Source: Pseudomonadota bacterium (GTDB lineage Bacteria; Pseudomonadota; Alphaproteobacteria; Micropepsales; Micropepsaceae). From it: a stretch of 64,000 nt of DNA. The position numbers were made by a program, and so were the translations under genes. The stretch's first letter is position 1; each line of letters opens with the position of its first letter. Below are positions 1 to 10,089 of the stretch, piece after piece. The stretch covers positions 57,166-121,165 of the forward strand of contig JAJZGY010000003.1 of the NCBI GenBank assembly GCA_021804785.1, given 5' to 3'. The notes under the pieces were generated by a model. The model had not been told where the DNA came from and did no database searches. It saw only the letters and a list, made by a program, of their open reading frames with translations.

Positions 1-2
1 AG

Positions 3-1388
3 AAGCTGCCGCTTCTCGATGATGTTCGAGATGAATCGGCAGAGGACATCCGTATTGTCCTTGTGCCCAAGTCACGCACGGTTGAGCCTGAAATCCTAAT
101 GGAGCAGCTGTTTCGGCAATCTGACCTTGAGAGCCGGATTCCGCTTAACATGAATGTCTTGGATAATGGGCTGGTCCCCCGTGTGATGAGTCTGAAGGAT
201 ACACTGCAGGCGTTCATCAATCATCGTCGCGTAGTGCTGGAGCGACGTACTGCACACCGTCTTGAAAAAATTGCCGCACGCATCGACCTTCTCGAAGGCT
301 ACCTGGTTGTCTATTTGGATCTCGACAAGGTGATCCACATCATTCGCAACGAAGACGAACCCAAGCCTAAACTGATCAAAGCGTTCAAACTTACTGAGAC
401 CCAAGCCGAGGCAATTCTCAACATGCGTCTGCGCTCGTTGCGCAAGCTTGAAGAAATGGAAATTCGTCGTGAGCATACTGCCCTCACTGAGGAGAGGAAG
501 GATTTGACAAGGCTGGCGGGCTCCGACGCCCTCAAGTCCGACCGTCTGGTTGAGGAAATTCGCGCGATCGACGCTAAATTCGGACAGAAGACGAAGCTCG
601 GAAAGCGCCGGACCCAATTTGTCAAAGCCTCGGATCTGGCGGCAATCCAGGCGGTGGCCGAAGAAGTTGTTGCTCTTGAAACGGCAGTCGAACGCGAGCC
701 GATAACCGTCGTGTGCTCACAGAAAGGCTGGCTGCGGGCGCTCAAAGGCCATCAGGAACAGAGTGATGCGGTAAAATATCGTGAGGGAGATCGCGGACGA
801 TTCTGGATTCATGCCGAAACCACCGACAGTCTGGTGCTCTTTGCCACAGATGGTCGCTTCTTTACGTTCGATTGTGCCAAACTTCCCGGCGGACGGGGTA
901 ATGGTGAGCCAATCCGGAGTTTCATTGATCTTCCACCCGAGGCCGACCTTGTTGCCATGTTTGTCCATGCACCCGGGCGTAAATTGCTGCTTGCCCAGAC
1001 GTCCGGGCACGGTTTCATCACCTCAGAGGATGAGGTCGTCGCGATGCGACGTTCAGGCAAACAGGTAATGAATATACCGGTAGATCAGGAGGCGGTTGTC
1101 TGCCGGGCGGTAGAAGGAGATAGTGTTGCAGTCGTCGGCGAAAATCGCAAATTGCTGATATTCCCTCTCAGCGAGGTACCTGAAATGGCCAAAGGCCGTG
1201 GGGTTCTGTTACAGCGTTACCGCGATGGGGGACTGATTGATGCTACCACGTTCGTCCTGAAGACAGGACTTAAGGACCAGAACAATCGCAACTGGAGTGC
1301 GGCTGAACTCAAGGATTGGCGCGGACAGCGCGCTCAGGCGGGACGCCTGCCGCCCAAGGGTTTTGCCAAAAGTGGTAAATTTGCCTGA
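3..1388 (+). CDS. parC: DNA topoisomerase IV subunit A, 5'-truncated by the window edge
   Basis: Frame is open from position 3 (KLPLLDDVRDESAEDIRIVLVPKS). GyrA/ParC-type segments VIHIIRNEDEPKPKL and QAEAILNMRLRSLRKLEE. Short C-terminal repeat domain with no recognisable GyrA box. Confidence 0.93.
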   Translation, partial: KLPLLDDVRDESAEDIRIVLVPKSRTVEPEILMEQLFRQSDLESRIPLNMNVLDNGLVPRVMSLKDTLQAFINHRRVVLERRTAHRLEKIAARIDLLEGYLVVYLDLDKVIHIIRNEDEPKPKLIKAFKLTETQAEAILNMRLRSLRKLEEMEIRREHTALTEERKDLTRLAGSDALKSDRLVEEIRAIDAKFGQKTKLGKRRTQFVKASDLAAIQAVAEEVVALETAVEREPITVVCSQKGWLRALKGHQEQSDAVKYREGDRGRFWIHAETTDSLVLFATDGRFFTFDCAKLPGGRGNGEPIRSFIDLPPEADLVAMFVHAPGRKLLLAQTSGHGFITSEDEVVAMRRSGKQVMNIPVDQEAVVCRAVEGDSVAVVGENRKLLIFPLSEVPEMAKGRGVLLQRYRDGGLIDATTFVLKTGLKDQNNRNWSAAELKDWRGQRAQAGRLPPKGFAKSGKFA

Positions 1389-1433
1389 TTTCCCGTCCAA
1401 GCATGTTGGCGCTCCGTCAGCGGTGGTACGTGC

Positions 1434-3080
1434 TTATGCGGGGGGCAGAACACGGTCTAAAATGGTGCGTTCGTCTAGACTCTGGCCGCTTGCTCCATAG
1501 GTTGCGCCCGGCACAGCAAGTCGCGTGGCACAGAAGCCATCAGCGATCGCAGGAGGAGCATGACGCACCAGCAGTGAAGCCTGAAGCGCAAGCGCCATCT
1601 GTTCCACCAGATGGCGCGCCTGGGTTTCCGCTGGCGGTTGAACGAGGCGGTCCTTGAGACTGTCGAGGGTTGCGTCGAGCTTACGGTCGGCGCCCCTGCT
1701 GATCTCCAGTTCATCAAGAAAGGCAACCACGCTCTCTGGTTCGCGTATCATCGCGCGCAGGACGTCCAGACAGATGACATTGCCAGAGCCTTCCCATATG
1801 GAATTCAGGGGGGATTGGCGGAACAGGCGCGGCATTATGCTTTCCTCGACGTATCCCGCGCCGCCATGGGTCTCCATCGCCTCATAGACAAAGTTCACCA
1901 CACGTTTGTTGAGCCAGTATTTGCCTATGGGTGTCGCAATCCGCATGAAGCGCGCCTCCGCCTCATTGCTGGGGTTTGCGTCAAAACTTTGCGCTAGGCG
2001 AAAGACAAGGGTGGTTGCCGCTTCGGATTCGATGGCCATGTCTGCAAGTACCGCGCGCATCAAGGGCTGATCGATCAAGCTTCGTTGAAATGCCCGGCGA
2101 TGGCGCGTATGCCAAACGGCGTTGGCAAGCGCCTGGCGCATGAAGGCTGCAGGGGCGATCGCACAATCCAGGCGCGTGTGTTGAACCATTTCGATAATGG
2201 TTCGCACGCCACGGCCTTCCTCACCGATGCGCTGGGCAAAAGCGCCATGGTATTCGATTTCAGAGGAGGCATTGGCCCGGTCGCCGAGCTTGTCCTTGAG
2301 GCGCATGAGGTGGATGGCGTTGCGGCTACCATCCGGACGCCAGCGTGGGACAAGAAAGCAGGTCAGTCCGCCCTTAGCGTAGGCGAGCGTTAGGAAAGCA
2401 TCACTCATCGGGGCGGAGCAGAACCATTTGTGTCCGACGAGGGTGTAACTATCGTCACTCTGGCGGTGAGCCTTGGTTGAGTTGGCCCGCACATCCGAGC
2501 CGCCCTGCTTTTCGGTCATCGCCATGCCGATTGTGACTGCCGACTTCTGCGTGGCGGGGCAGGAATTGCTGTCGTAACCGGCTGACATGATTTTGGGCAG
2601 CCATTGAGCGGCGACGGTCGGCTCCTGCGTGAGTGCGGCCGGTGCTGCATAGGTCATTGTCATGGGGCAACACACACCTGGTTCACCCTGGGACATTAGA
2701 AATTCAAGGGCGGCGTGAAGCACATGCCCATGAGCCTCACCACGCCAGGGGGCAGCGGCAACTCCGGATTCAAGGCCGAGGGCCATAAGCGCGTGATAGG
2801 CGGGATGAAACTCGACTTCATCGAGGCGTTGGCCGAAGCGATCGAAGCTCTGCAGCTGCGGTGGATTGCGATTGGCCTGGATCGCCCAGGCTATGGTTTG
2901 GGCTGACCCAACACGCTGGCCGAAATCGCTAAGGCGGGAATGGTACTGCCCAGCGCCAGCCCGCAGGACCGCCTCGCGCAGAGCAAGATCACTGGTGAAG
3001 AGGTCGATATCCTCAAATGGCGGCGGCTGATTTGTGACATCATGGGTTTCGAGCAGGCTTTGTGGTCGCAAGGCTGACAT
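1434..3080 (-). CDS. Acyl-CoA dehydrogenase, AidB-like family
   Basis: Motifs MAMTEKQGGSDV, GHKWFCSAPMSDAF, KLGDRANASSEIE, EAMETHGGAGYVEE, SIWEGSGNV. Start placed at ATG 3080 (ORF track extends to 3104). Confidence 0.9.
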   Translation of the reverse strand: MSALRPQSLLETHDVTNQPPPFEDIDLFTSDLALREAVLRAGAGQYHSRLSDFGQRVGSAQTIAWAIQANRNPPQLQSFDRFGQRLDEVEFHPAYHALMALGLESGVAAAPWRGEAHGHVLHAALEFLMSQGEPGVCCPMTMTYAAPAALTQEPTVAAQWLPKIMSAGYDSNSCPATQKSAVTIGMAMTEKQGGSDVRANSTKAHRQSDDSYTLVGHKWFCSAPMSDAFLTLAYAKGGLTCFLVPRWRPDGSRNAIHLMRLKDKLGDRANASSEIEYHGAFAQRIGEEGRGVRTIIEMVQHTRLDCAIAPAAFMRQALANAVWHTRHRRAFQRSLIDQPLMRAVLADMAIESEAATTLVFRLAQSFDANPSNEAEARFMRIATPIGKYWLNKRVVNFVYEAMETHGGAGYVEESIMPRLFRQSPLNSIWEGSGNVICLDVLRAMIREPESVVAFLDELEISRGADRKLDATLDSLKDRLVQPPAETQARHLVEQMALALQASLLVRHAPPAIADGFCATRLAVPGATYGASGQSLDERTILDRVLPPA

Positions 3081-3181
3081 TGATCGCGCTCCCGAGTTCG
3101 CCACTATAAGACGCCAAAAGCACTTTTCCGATAAGTGTTTTCTGTTAGGGTGATCTGAGAAGAATTGCCCCAGAGGCGCAT

Positions 3182-4495
3182 ATGATTTTGGAGGATGCGC
3201 CGGTGGCGCTCAAGCCAACGACGGCGCGCCGCAGCTATACCCTGCTGTTGCTGACACTCGTTTACGTGGTCAATTATCTGGATCGGCAGATATTGGGCAT
3301 ATTGCTGCCCTTCATACAGCACGATTTTCACCTTGATGATGCCCAAGCCGGATTGCTCTCCGGGACCATTTTCGCGGTGGTCTACGCGAGTTTGGGAATT
3401 CCTCTGGCAAGTCTCGCGGATCGGCTCAGTCGCCGTAATATTATTGCTGCATCTTTGGCGATGTTCAGCTTTATGACCGTGCTGAGCGCATACGCGGTGC
3501 GCTACTGGCAGTTGCTGCTGGCGCGCTTCGGGACTGGGATTGGTGAGGCTGGAACAGGTCCGGCCATCAGTTCGATGATCGCCGATCTTTACCCCCCAAA
3601 ACAGCGCGCCTCAGCATTGGCCTTTTACTCGGCGGGATTGAATGTCGGACTACTCATCGGCTTCTTCGCCGGAGGGTGGGTTCTGCAGCATTTCGGCTGG
3701 CGCGCAGCGTTCGTTGCCTCCGGGGCGCCCGGACTACTGCTGGTAGTGTTGCTTCTGTTCACCGTCGAGGAGCCTACGCGTGGGGCGGTGGATGCCCTGC
3801 AGGATCGCGAGGCGGCACCCTCACTTTGGGCAACCATACGCTATCTCACACGCATACCATCGTTCCGCTGGATCTCCGTGGGTTGCTCAATGAGCGCGTT
3901 TGGCGGGTATGCCGGCATTTTTTTCATCCCTAAATTTCTCTATGTGTCGCATCACATGACGCCGGAGGAAGTCGGCGTTGCGCTGGCACTGCTTACCGGG
4001 GTGGCTGGGGCGCTTGGGACCTATCTGTCAGGGGTTTTTGCTGACCGGCTGGGTGTCCGCGATGTGCGATGGAACATGTACGTGCCCATTATGGCGGCAT
4101 TTTTTGCCTTGCCATTCGTTCCGGTGTTTTACCTCGCGCCAAGTACGCCGGTGGCCTTGGCCGCCGCCATCGGGCCGTCCTTGATGGGGGCAGCCTATCT
4201 TGGGCCCTCCTATGCCATGACCCAGGCACTAGTGCCGCTACGCATGCGCGCCCAGGCCGTAGCCATCCTTCTGTTCATACTCAACATGATTGCATTGGGC
4301 ATGGGTCCTTTGACAGTAGGCTTTATCAGCGATGTATTGAGGCCGTTCGTTGGCAGTAACTCTCTGCGCTATGCGCTGATGACTGGCATGGTGACCAGCG
4401 TGACTGGTGCCTTCTGTTATTGGCGTGCGTCCCGCACCCTGGCCAGGGACATTGGTAAAGTGACAGGGGCAGCGGCCAATCCGCGTTTGCGCTAA
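3182..4495 (+). CDS. MFS transporter, spinster-like
   Basis: About 12 hydrophobic segments; NYLDRQIL, MFS motif A (LADRLSRR), ARFGTGIGEAG. Confidence 0.9.
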   Translation: MILEDAPVALKPTTARRSYTLLLLTLVYVVNYLDRQILGILLPFIQHDFHLDDAQAGLLSGTIFAVVYASLGIPLASLADRLSRRNIIAASLAMFSFMTVLSAYAVRYWQLLLARFGTGIGEAGTGPAISSMIADLYPPKQRASALAFYSAGLNVGLLIGFFAGGWVLQHFGWRAAFVASGAPGLLLVVLLLFTVEEPTRGAVDALQDREAAPSLWATIRYLTRIPSFRWISVGCSMSAFGGYAGIFFIPKFLYVSHHMTPEEVGVALALLTGVAGALGTYLSGVFADRLGVRDVRWNMYVPIMAAFFALPFVPVFYLAPSTPVALAAAIGPSLMGAAYLGPSYAMTQALVPLRMRAQAVAILLFILNMIALGMGPLTVGFISDVLRPFVGSNSLRYALMTGMVTSVTGAFCYWRASRTLARDIGKVTGAAANPRLR

Positions 4496-4544
4496 GAGCC
4501 AGTTGCTGCTGCGACCAGTGACATTGGCATACCCAGACCTTTGT

Positions 4545-5267
4545 CTAGTGCAGCCACAGCGCCAACAGATAGGGTACGAGCACAGCCGTAAGCACCCCAT
4601 TGAGGGCAAGTGCGAGGCCCGCGTAGGTACCAGCCCGTCTTCCTGCTTGAAACGCGCGTGCGGTGCCAATGCCATGACCGGCCAGACTGCTGGCAAAGCC
4701 ACGGGCCGCATCATCGCGGATGCGCAAGGTGTTGAACCAGGGCTGTGCAATGACAGCGACAATGATGCCGGTGAGAATGACGAGCACGGCAGTGAGAGCG
4801 GGAATCCCGCCTACAGCCTTGGAGATGCCCATGGCAATGGGCGTCGTTACCGATTTGGGGGCCAGCGAGGCCTGTATTGTCGTAGAGGCGCCCATGGCCC
4901 AGGCAATACCCACAGCACTCATGATTGCTGTCAGCGAACCGGCAATAAGAGCAAGCGTAACCGGCAGTGCGCGACGGCGCAGTTCCTGAACTTCTCCCAC
5001 CAACGGCACGGCGAGGGCTACGGTTGCCGGTCCGAGCATGAAATGCACAAACTGGGCACCCTGAAAATAGGGTTGATAGCGCGTATCTGAAAATTTGAGC
5101 AAGGCGCCCAGGACAATGGCAGAGAGCAGTACCGGATTGGCCAGAGGAAAGCGGCGGCTAAGCAGGAAGATGCGATCTGCCAGCCAATAAATGCTCAAAG
5201 TCGCAGCGAGCCACAGCAAGGGTGTCGTCGACAGGTAGATCCATAATTTGCTTACGTTGGTATTCAC
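4545..5267 (-). CDS. LrgB/CidB family membrane protein
   Basis: LGPATVALAVPL, LAPKSVTTPIAMGIS and GHGIGTARA motifs; coupled to the upstream CidA-like gene. Confidence 0.9.
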   Translation of the reverse strand: MNTNVSKLWIYLSTTPLLWLAATLSIYWLADRIFLLSRRFPLANPVLLSAIVLGALLKFSDTRYQPYFQGAQFVHFMLGPATVALAVPLVGEVQELRRRALPVTLALIAGSLTAIMSAVGIAWAMGASTTIQASLAPKSVTTPIAMGISKAVGGIPALTAVLVILTGIIVAVIAQPWFNTLRIRDDAARGFASSLAGHGIGTARAFQAGRRAGTYAGLALALNGVLTAVLVPYLLALWLH

Positions 5268-5629
5268 TGCGCCTCTCCATTGTCAGTGAGAAACCGCGAA
5301 GCGGCGACAAAGACCAGGGCGGTAACGGTCAGTGCGAGCAGAGTGGAACCGAGAACTGCAGCCGCAAGTGTCAACCCGTCGCGCGCAAGCAAGGGAAGAA
5401 AGCGAATGACGCCAACGGCCGCCGGTAAAAACAGCAGCGACAAGTGATCGAGCAGGGTTGTGCTTGTCTGTTCAAGGGCGCGCCGCAGTGACAGTCTCAG
5501 CATGCCCGCTAGCGCGAGGAATACGAGCCCGAAGACTGGACCAGGGATAGGTAATGACAGACCTCTCGCTGCGACTTCGCCGGCGAGTTGGAAGAGCAGA
5601 AGAACGGAGAGTGTAAAGAGGATGAGCAC
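5264..5629 (-). CDS. CidA/LrgA family holin-like protein
   Basis: 121 aa with GE...LPIPGPVFGL and LSLLFLPAAVG motifs; 4-nt overlap with the lrgB-like gene. Confidence 0.9.
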   Translation of the reverse strand: MLILFTLSVLLLFQLAGEVAARGLSLPIPGPVFGLVFLALAGMLRLSLRRALEQTSTTLLDHLSLLFLPAAVGVIRFLPLLARDGLTLAAAVLGSTLLALTVTALVFVAASRFLTDNGEAQ

Positions 5630-5777
5630 ACCTGTTCTGTGGTTGTGGGAAAATCTTACCCAAGGGTCTGGTCTAGGTCATTGGTGCTCGGACGTGGGCT
5701 GACGCGGCGGCAGACGTTGAGAGGGACGCGCGTTGGTGCGCGTGCGGTGGCGTGACTAGCGCGCGCGGACCCATATG

Positions 5778-6536
5778 TCAGCGGCGGACTTCATATAGGG
5801 CGATCGCGGCTGCATTGGAGACATTGAGACTCTCCATTTGGGAGGATATCGGAATGTGGGCAATCTGGTCGCAGTGCTCGCGTACCAGCCTACGAATGCC
5901 CGAACCTTCCGAGCCGAGCACAAGCGCAATATCGCGGTCGCTCACGCAGTCCCGAAGAGCGGCATCGCCGTCACCAGCTAGGGCAATGCGGAAAAAGCCT
6001 CGGTCCCCCAGCGCGTCCAATGCGCGGGCGATGTTGACGACTTCAACGTAGGGCACGAGGTCGAGCGCGCCGGAAGCCGCCTTCGCGAGAGCACCGGACT
6101 CGGGTGCTGAATGGCGGTCCTGCACAACGACGGCCGCAACCGAGAATGCTGCGGCAGATCTCAAAATTGCGCCGGTGTTGTGGGGATCGGCAATCTGGTC
6201 GAGAACCAAAACCAGTCGGCGCGCCGGACTATCGACCAGAACGTCGTCCAGTGAGCGCCGTTCCAGAGGTTCGCAGTTCAGAGCGGCGCCCTGGTGCACC
6301 GAACCTTTTGGAAGCAGGCGGTCGAAGGCGTCGGGTGGAGCGATCTCGTAGCGTACCTGCGCGAGAAGGCGAGGGCCCAGCTCGCGTGCCACCCGTTCGC
6401 TCAACACGGCACGTAGCACCTTGCGCCGCGGATTGGAGAGGGCGGCGCGAACTGCGTGTAGGCCATAAAGCCAAAGACCCGACCGGGCCCGTGCAAGGTC
6501 AGATGGCCGCGGTCGCGGCTTGTGGTTTTGTGTCAT
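5778..6536 (-). CDS. rlmB: 23S rRNA Gm2251 2'-O-methyltransferase (TrmH/SpoU family)
   Basis: LYGLHAVRAAL, HQG, LDQIADPHNTGAILRS, VLGSEGSG, SLNVSNAA. True start is ATG 6536; the longer ORF call runs antisense through tRNA-Tyr. Confidence 0.9.
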   Translation of the reverse strand: MTQNHKPRPRPSDLARARSGLWLYGLHAVRAALSNPRRKVLRAVLSERVARELGPRLLAQVRYEIAPPDAFDRLLPKGSVHQGAALNCEPLERRSLDDVLVDSPARRLVLVLDQIADPHNTGAILRSAAAFSVAAVVVQDRHSAPESGALAKAASGALDLVPYVEVVNIARALDALGDRGFFRIALAGDGDAALRDCVSDRDIALVLGSEGSGIRRLVREHCDQIAHIPISSQMESLNVSNAAAIALYEVRR

Positions 6537-6577
6537 CGAAATTTTCCAAGTAAAGGCTATTGGTAGGAGATCGTCAG

Positions 6578-6606
6578 TTGACAGGAAAGACCAATTGGCC
6601 GATATC
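6578..6606 (+). promoter_or_regulatory. Probable sigma70 promoter for tRNA-Tyr/tRNA-Gly
   Basis: TTGACA-N17-GATATC ending about 35 nt upstream of tRNA-Tyr. Confidence 0.55.
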
Positions 6607-6640
6607 CGCCGGCCACGGCCGAAGCTTCGGGACGTGACAT

Positions 6641-6725
6641 GGAGGGGTGCCCGAGTGGCTAAAGGGGACGGACTGTAAATCCGTTGGCTACGCCTACGTT
6701 GGTTCGAATCCAACCCCCTCCACCA
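6641..6725 (+). tRNA. tRNA-Tyr (GUA)
   Basis: GGAGGGG/CCCCTCC acceptor stem, encoded CCA, anticodon arm ACGGA-CTGTAAA-TCCGT, long variable arm, GTTCGAAT T-loop. Confidence 0.98.
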
Positions 6726-6810
6726 GCCTTTCCGCTCAGGCGCCGGGCGGGACCGAGGGCCTTGATCCGGCGCACGCATGACTGACACCGCGGGTGGTTG
6801 TCCGCGCGCG

Positions 6811-6884
6811 GCGGGTGTAGCTCAATGGTAGAGCAACAGCCTTCCAAGCTGATGACGAGGGTTCGATTCCCTTCACCCGCTCCA
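6811..6884 (+). tRNA. tRNA-Gly (UCC)
   Basis: GCGGGTG/CACCCGC acceptor stem, anticodon loop CTTCCAA, GGTTCGATTCC, encoded CCA. Confidence 0.98.
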
Positions 6885-7209
6885 TTTATTTTCAATGGGT
6901 TGAGAGCCATTTTGTCTGTATGCGGACAAGTTTGCGGCAATCTCTTTTAGTCTATGTTCGCGGAACACGCCTTGCCGGCAGGTTGTCGGGGGGAGGATTG
7001 CCACGTCGGCCGGACTTGCTCCGCAAGGATTTGATGGCGCTTCGGTAAGGATAGAAAGCGTTTGACGCGTCTGCCATGCCCTTTGTCCACGAGGAAATAA
7101 ATCCCGTCGAGACTGGCTCCGCGAATTAGTCAGTATTTTTGTCATAGTTCGCGCTTTTATCGCATTCAGGACGGCACTGGTCAGCCGCAGACCTTCCGCC
7201 GGGGTTGGG

Positions 7210-8796
7210 TCCCGGTCAATCTTATGGATTGATGGCGTGAACGGTTCCAGTTCCTTTCCTGGCGTCGGATATGGAAAGTCTCGATGCCAGCGGCGATGAA
7301 ATTTTCTACGAAACGACTGCACCGCCGATGATTTCAGGGCCGTTGCCAGGCGAGAAGACTACAATGCGAGTCTACGACCTGAAAGCGTGCAAGACTGCAG
7401 AGTTGACCTCTGGGTTCAGCAGTTTCAGTTTGTCGGCGGATGTTAGAGAGCTGCTCTACAAGGTTGGTGACAGCTACGGGATCGTCAAAGCTGTACCAAA
7501 AATAAAGCTCGGCGGCAAAAAATCTGACAAACTTATTTGCAGCCACATGGAAGTGTGCGTCGTTCCTACTCAGGAATGGGCGGAAAGTTTTTAATAATGC
7601 GTGGCGACTTCAGAGAGATTTTTTCGTTACCCCCAGATGAATGGCGTTAACTGGCCCGAGGTGCGTGCTCGCTATGCGAAATTTCTGCGACTACTAGGAT
7701 CGCGGGAGGACTTAAATTAGTTGCTGGGTGAAATGCAGAGGTCGCTTTCCAATTCGTACACATATGTTGGTGGCGGTGATACGAATGACCTCACCGAATA
7801 CGTGTCGACTGCGCTGCTGGACGTGGATTTCGAGCTGGTAACTGCTTCTGGTCTATATCGCTTCAAAAAATCAATCCAGGCGATAATAGCCGCAAGGGGT
7901 ATCGCAGCCCGCTGAGTGAACCCGACGTCGAAGCGCACGCCGGTGATTACCTCCGGACAGTTGATGGCCGAAAGCTGAAGGCTCCACCAATCCCTATAGA
8001 TTGTTCGTTGGGTTGACGGGTGAGCCTGTCACGCTGACGATCGCTGGTAGTCCGGATGCGAGGACCGGCAAGGTCACTGTGATGCCGCAAAAATGAGCTG
8101 TCTGTGCGCGAGAAGGCATGGATCGATCATAACAGGGAAATGGTGAACAAGTTGGCGAGAGGGCGTATAGGTTGCGTCTACATGTCCGATGTCGACGCGC
8201 TGGGTATGGACCAGTTTATCCGGCAGTTCTACGGACAGCTTAACAAACAGGTGTTGATCATGGATGACCGCTTCAATGGCGGGGGCTTCATCGATCAAAT
8301 AATGCTGGAGCGCCTGCGGCGCGTTCTGATCGGTGTGTCGACCAATCGAGAGCGGGAGGCAATGACGATACCTCAGCAATTGATCAATGGACCTAATGTC
8401 TGCCTGATCAACCACTACCCGGCTTCAGATGGCGATATTTCCCGTATTTCTTCCGCAAATATGGCCTGGGCCCGCTGATCGGGACTCGGACCTGGGGTGG
8501 GGTGCGCGGGATACGGGGCTATTGGACGGTCATGGACGGTGGTTACATTACAATACCAGAAGACAGTCTCTAAGGACTGCATTCGCAATGGATCATCGAC
8601 AATCTTGGCGTAGAGCCTGACAGGGTGGTTCGAACCGATCCGGCGTCGCTTTTGGGCCAGCAATGACGCTGAGCTGGTGGCTGCGGTCGACTATCTGATG
8701 AAAAAGCTGGGTACCCACCCGTCCCGGTTGCCACCCCCACCGCCGCCATTGCCGGCCTATCCGTCCGAGGGGATGGTCCCGCCGGCTCATTTCTGA
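7210..8796 (+). pseudogene. Tricorn-type S41 protease, C-terminal half only, with multiple stops and frameshifts
   Basis: Consecutive fragments read GLMA*TVPVP..GDEIFY, RVYDLK, EWAESF / NAWRLQRDFF, MNGVNWPEVRARY..SREDLN*LLGE, IGCVYMSD, DDRFNGGGFID, INHYPASDGD, LGPLIGTRTWGGVRG, ending in a Pro-rich tail at TGA 8794-8796. Confidence 0.88.
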
Positions 8797-8947
8797 AGAC
8801 CGGCGCTTGCGCCTGGCCGGGCTGAGGACCGGCCAGAACTGGAGGGCAAAAGGGCTGTAGCGGCTTGGGCACGGGTCGCTGCCGAGCGCTTGGGGGGTTG
8901 CCAGAGGGTGCCAGAGGGTGTCTGGAAGGCGGCAATGATTTTCCCGC

Positions 8948-8976
8948 TTGCGCCAGTCCCTGGCGACTGGTAAATC
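8948..8976 (+). promoter_or_regulatory. Probable sigma70 promoter for tRNA-Trp-secE-nusG
   Basis: TTGCGC-N17-TAAATC about 65 nt upstream of tRNA-Trp. Confidence 0.5.
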
Positions 8977-9042
8977 GCTCCCCCTTAGCAAAAGCGAGGC
9001 GCTGGAGGGCAGGGTGCTCCCGGTGCCCGTGCCTTTGTCTTT

Positions 9043-9118
<76 letters not shown>

Positions 9119-9167
9119 AATGAGTAGCGTGACCTGCGTCACGGCGACAACAGAACGGATCACCGAC

Positions 9168-9434
9168 GTGGCGGACATAAAAAAGAAAAAGCCGGCAGAC
9201 AAGAAGGCGGCAGAGGACACCACGCCAGCTGCACCAGTCAAACGTGCCAGCCTGATTCAGTTTTTCCGCGAAGTGCGTCGCGAGACCTCCAAGGTGACGT
9301 GGCCGACCTTTCGTGAGACCTATCTGACGACGATCATGGTGTTTGTCATGGTCGGCATGACAATGGTGTTTTTCTTTGCGGTCGATTGGGTGCTTGCTTT
9401 TGGCGAGCGGTTTTTGATCGGCGCGGCTGGCTAA
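9168..9434 (+). CDS. secE: Preprotein translocase subunit SecE
   Basis: FFREVRRETSKVTWPT plus one C-terminal TM helix; GTG start at 9168 chosen. Confidence 0.93.
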   Translation: MADIKKKKPADKKAAEDTTPAAPVKRASLIQFFREVRRETSKVTWPTFRETYLTTIMVFVMVGMTMVFFFAVDWVLAFGERFLIGAAG

Positions 9435-9459
9435 CGATCCTTATTGATTGAGAGACGTC

Positions 9460-10017
9460 ATGAGCGAAGCTGCGGCCTTACCCCGTTCCGATGCGAAGTG
9501 GTACATCGTGCACACCTACTCGAATTTCGAGAAGAAGGTGGCCGAAGAGATCAAGCGTCAGGCGGAGATCCAGGGCCTAAATGATCTGATCGAAGACGTG
9601 CTGGTGCCTACTGAAGAGGTGGTCGAAGTCCGGCGCGGTCACAAGGTCAACGCTGAGCGCAAGTTTTTGCCTGGCTACGTGCTGCTGCGGGCTAAGCTCA
9701 CGGACGAGGCCTATCATCTGGTCAAGAATGTGCCCAAGGTGACCGGTTTTTTGGGCCAGAACAACAAGCCCATGCCGCTGCGCCAAGGTGAAGTGGACCG
9801 TATTCTCAATCAGGTCAGCGAAGGTGCTGAACGGCCTCGGACATCGATCAGCTTTGAGATCGGCGAACAGGTGCGCGTATCTGATGGCCCGTTCACCTCG
9901 TTCAATGGCGTGGTTGAGGAAGTGGATGAGGCGCGCTCGCGCGTCAAGGTTGCGGTCTCGATTTTCGGGCGCGCAACCCCAGTAGAACTTGAGTACACCC
10001 AGGTCGAAAAGCTCTGA
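9460..10017 (+). CDS. nusG: Transcription termination/antitermination factor NusG
   Basis: WYIVHTYSNFEKKV, KFLPGYVL, KOW domain ending IFGRATPVELEYTQVEK. Confidence 0.98.
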   Translation: MSEAAALPRSDAKWYIVHTYSNFEKKVAEEIKRQAEIQGLNDLIEDVLVPTEEVVEVRRGHKVNAERKFLPGYVLLRAKLTDEAYHLVKNVPKVTGFLGQNNKPMPLRQGEVDRILNQVSEGAERPRTSISFEIGEQVRVSDGPFTSFNGVVEEVDEARSRVKVAVSIFGRATPVELEYTQVEKL

Positions 10018-10089
10018 GGTGATCCATCGCGGGAGGAGCTGCCAGCTCCGATTGCACCGCAAACCGCGCGAAGGAGGCGGTCGAGCACA

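Noticed and set aside
6537-6788. N-terminal 84-aa extension of the rlmB ORF
   Set aside because: It is the antisense reading of tRNA-Tyr and its promoter; TrmH similarity begins only after ATG 6536.
6873-7322. 149-aa minus-strand ORF next to tRNA-Gly as a possible integrase remnant
   Set aside because: Position is suggestive, but no tyrosine-recombinase R..HxxR..Y or serine-recombinase motif is readable in any frame, and it partly overlaps the tricorn relic antisense.
8901-8920. Tandem 10-bp repeat CCAGAGGGTG x2
   Set aside because: Only two copies with no spacers; consistent with local slippage, not an array or att site.
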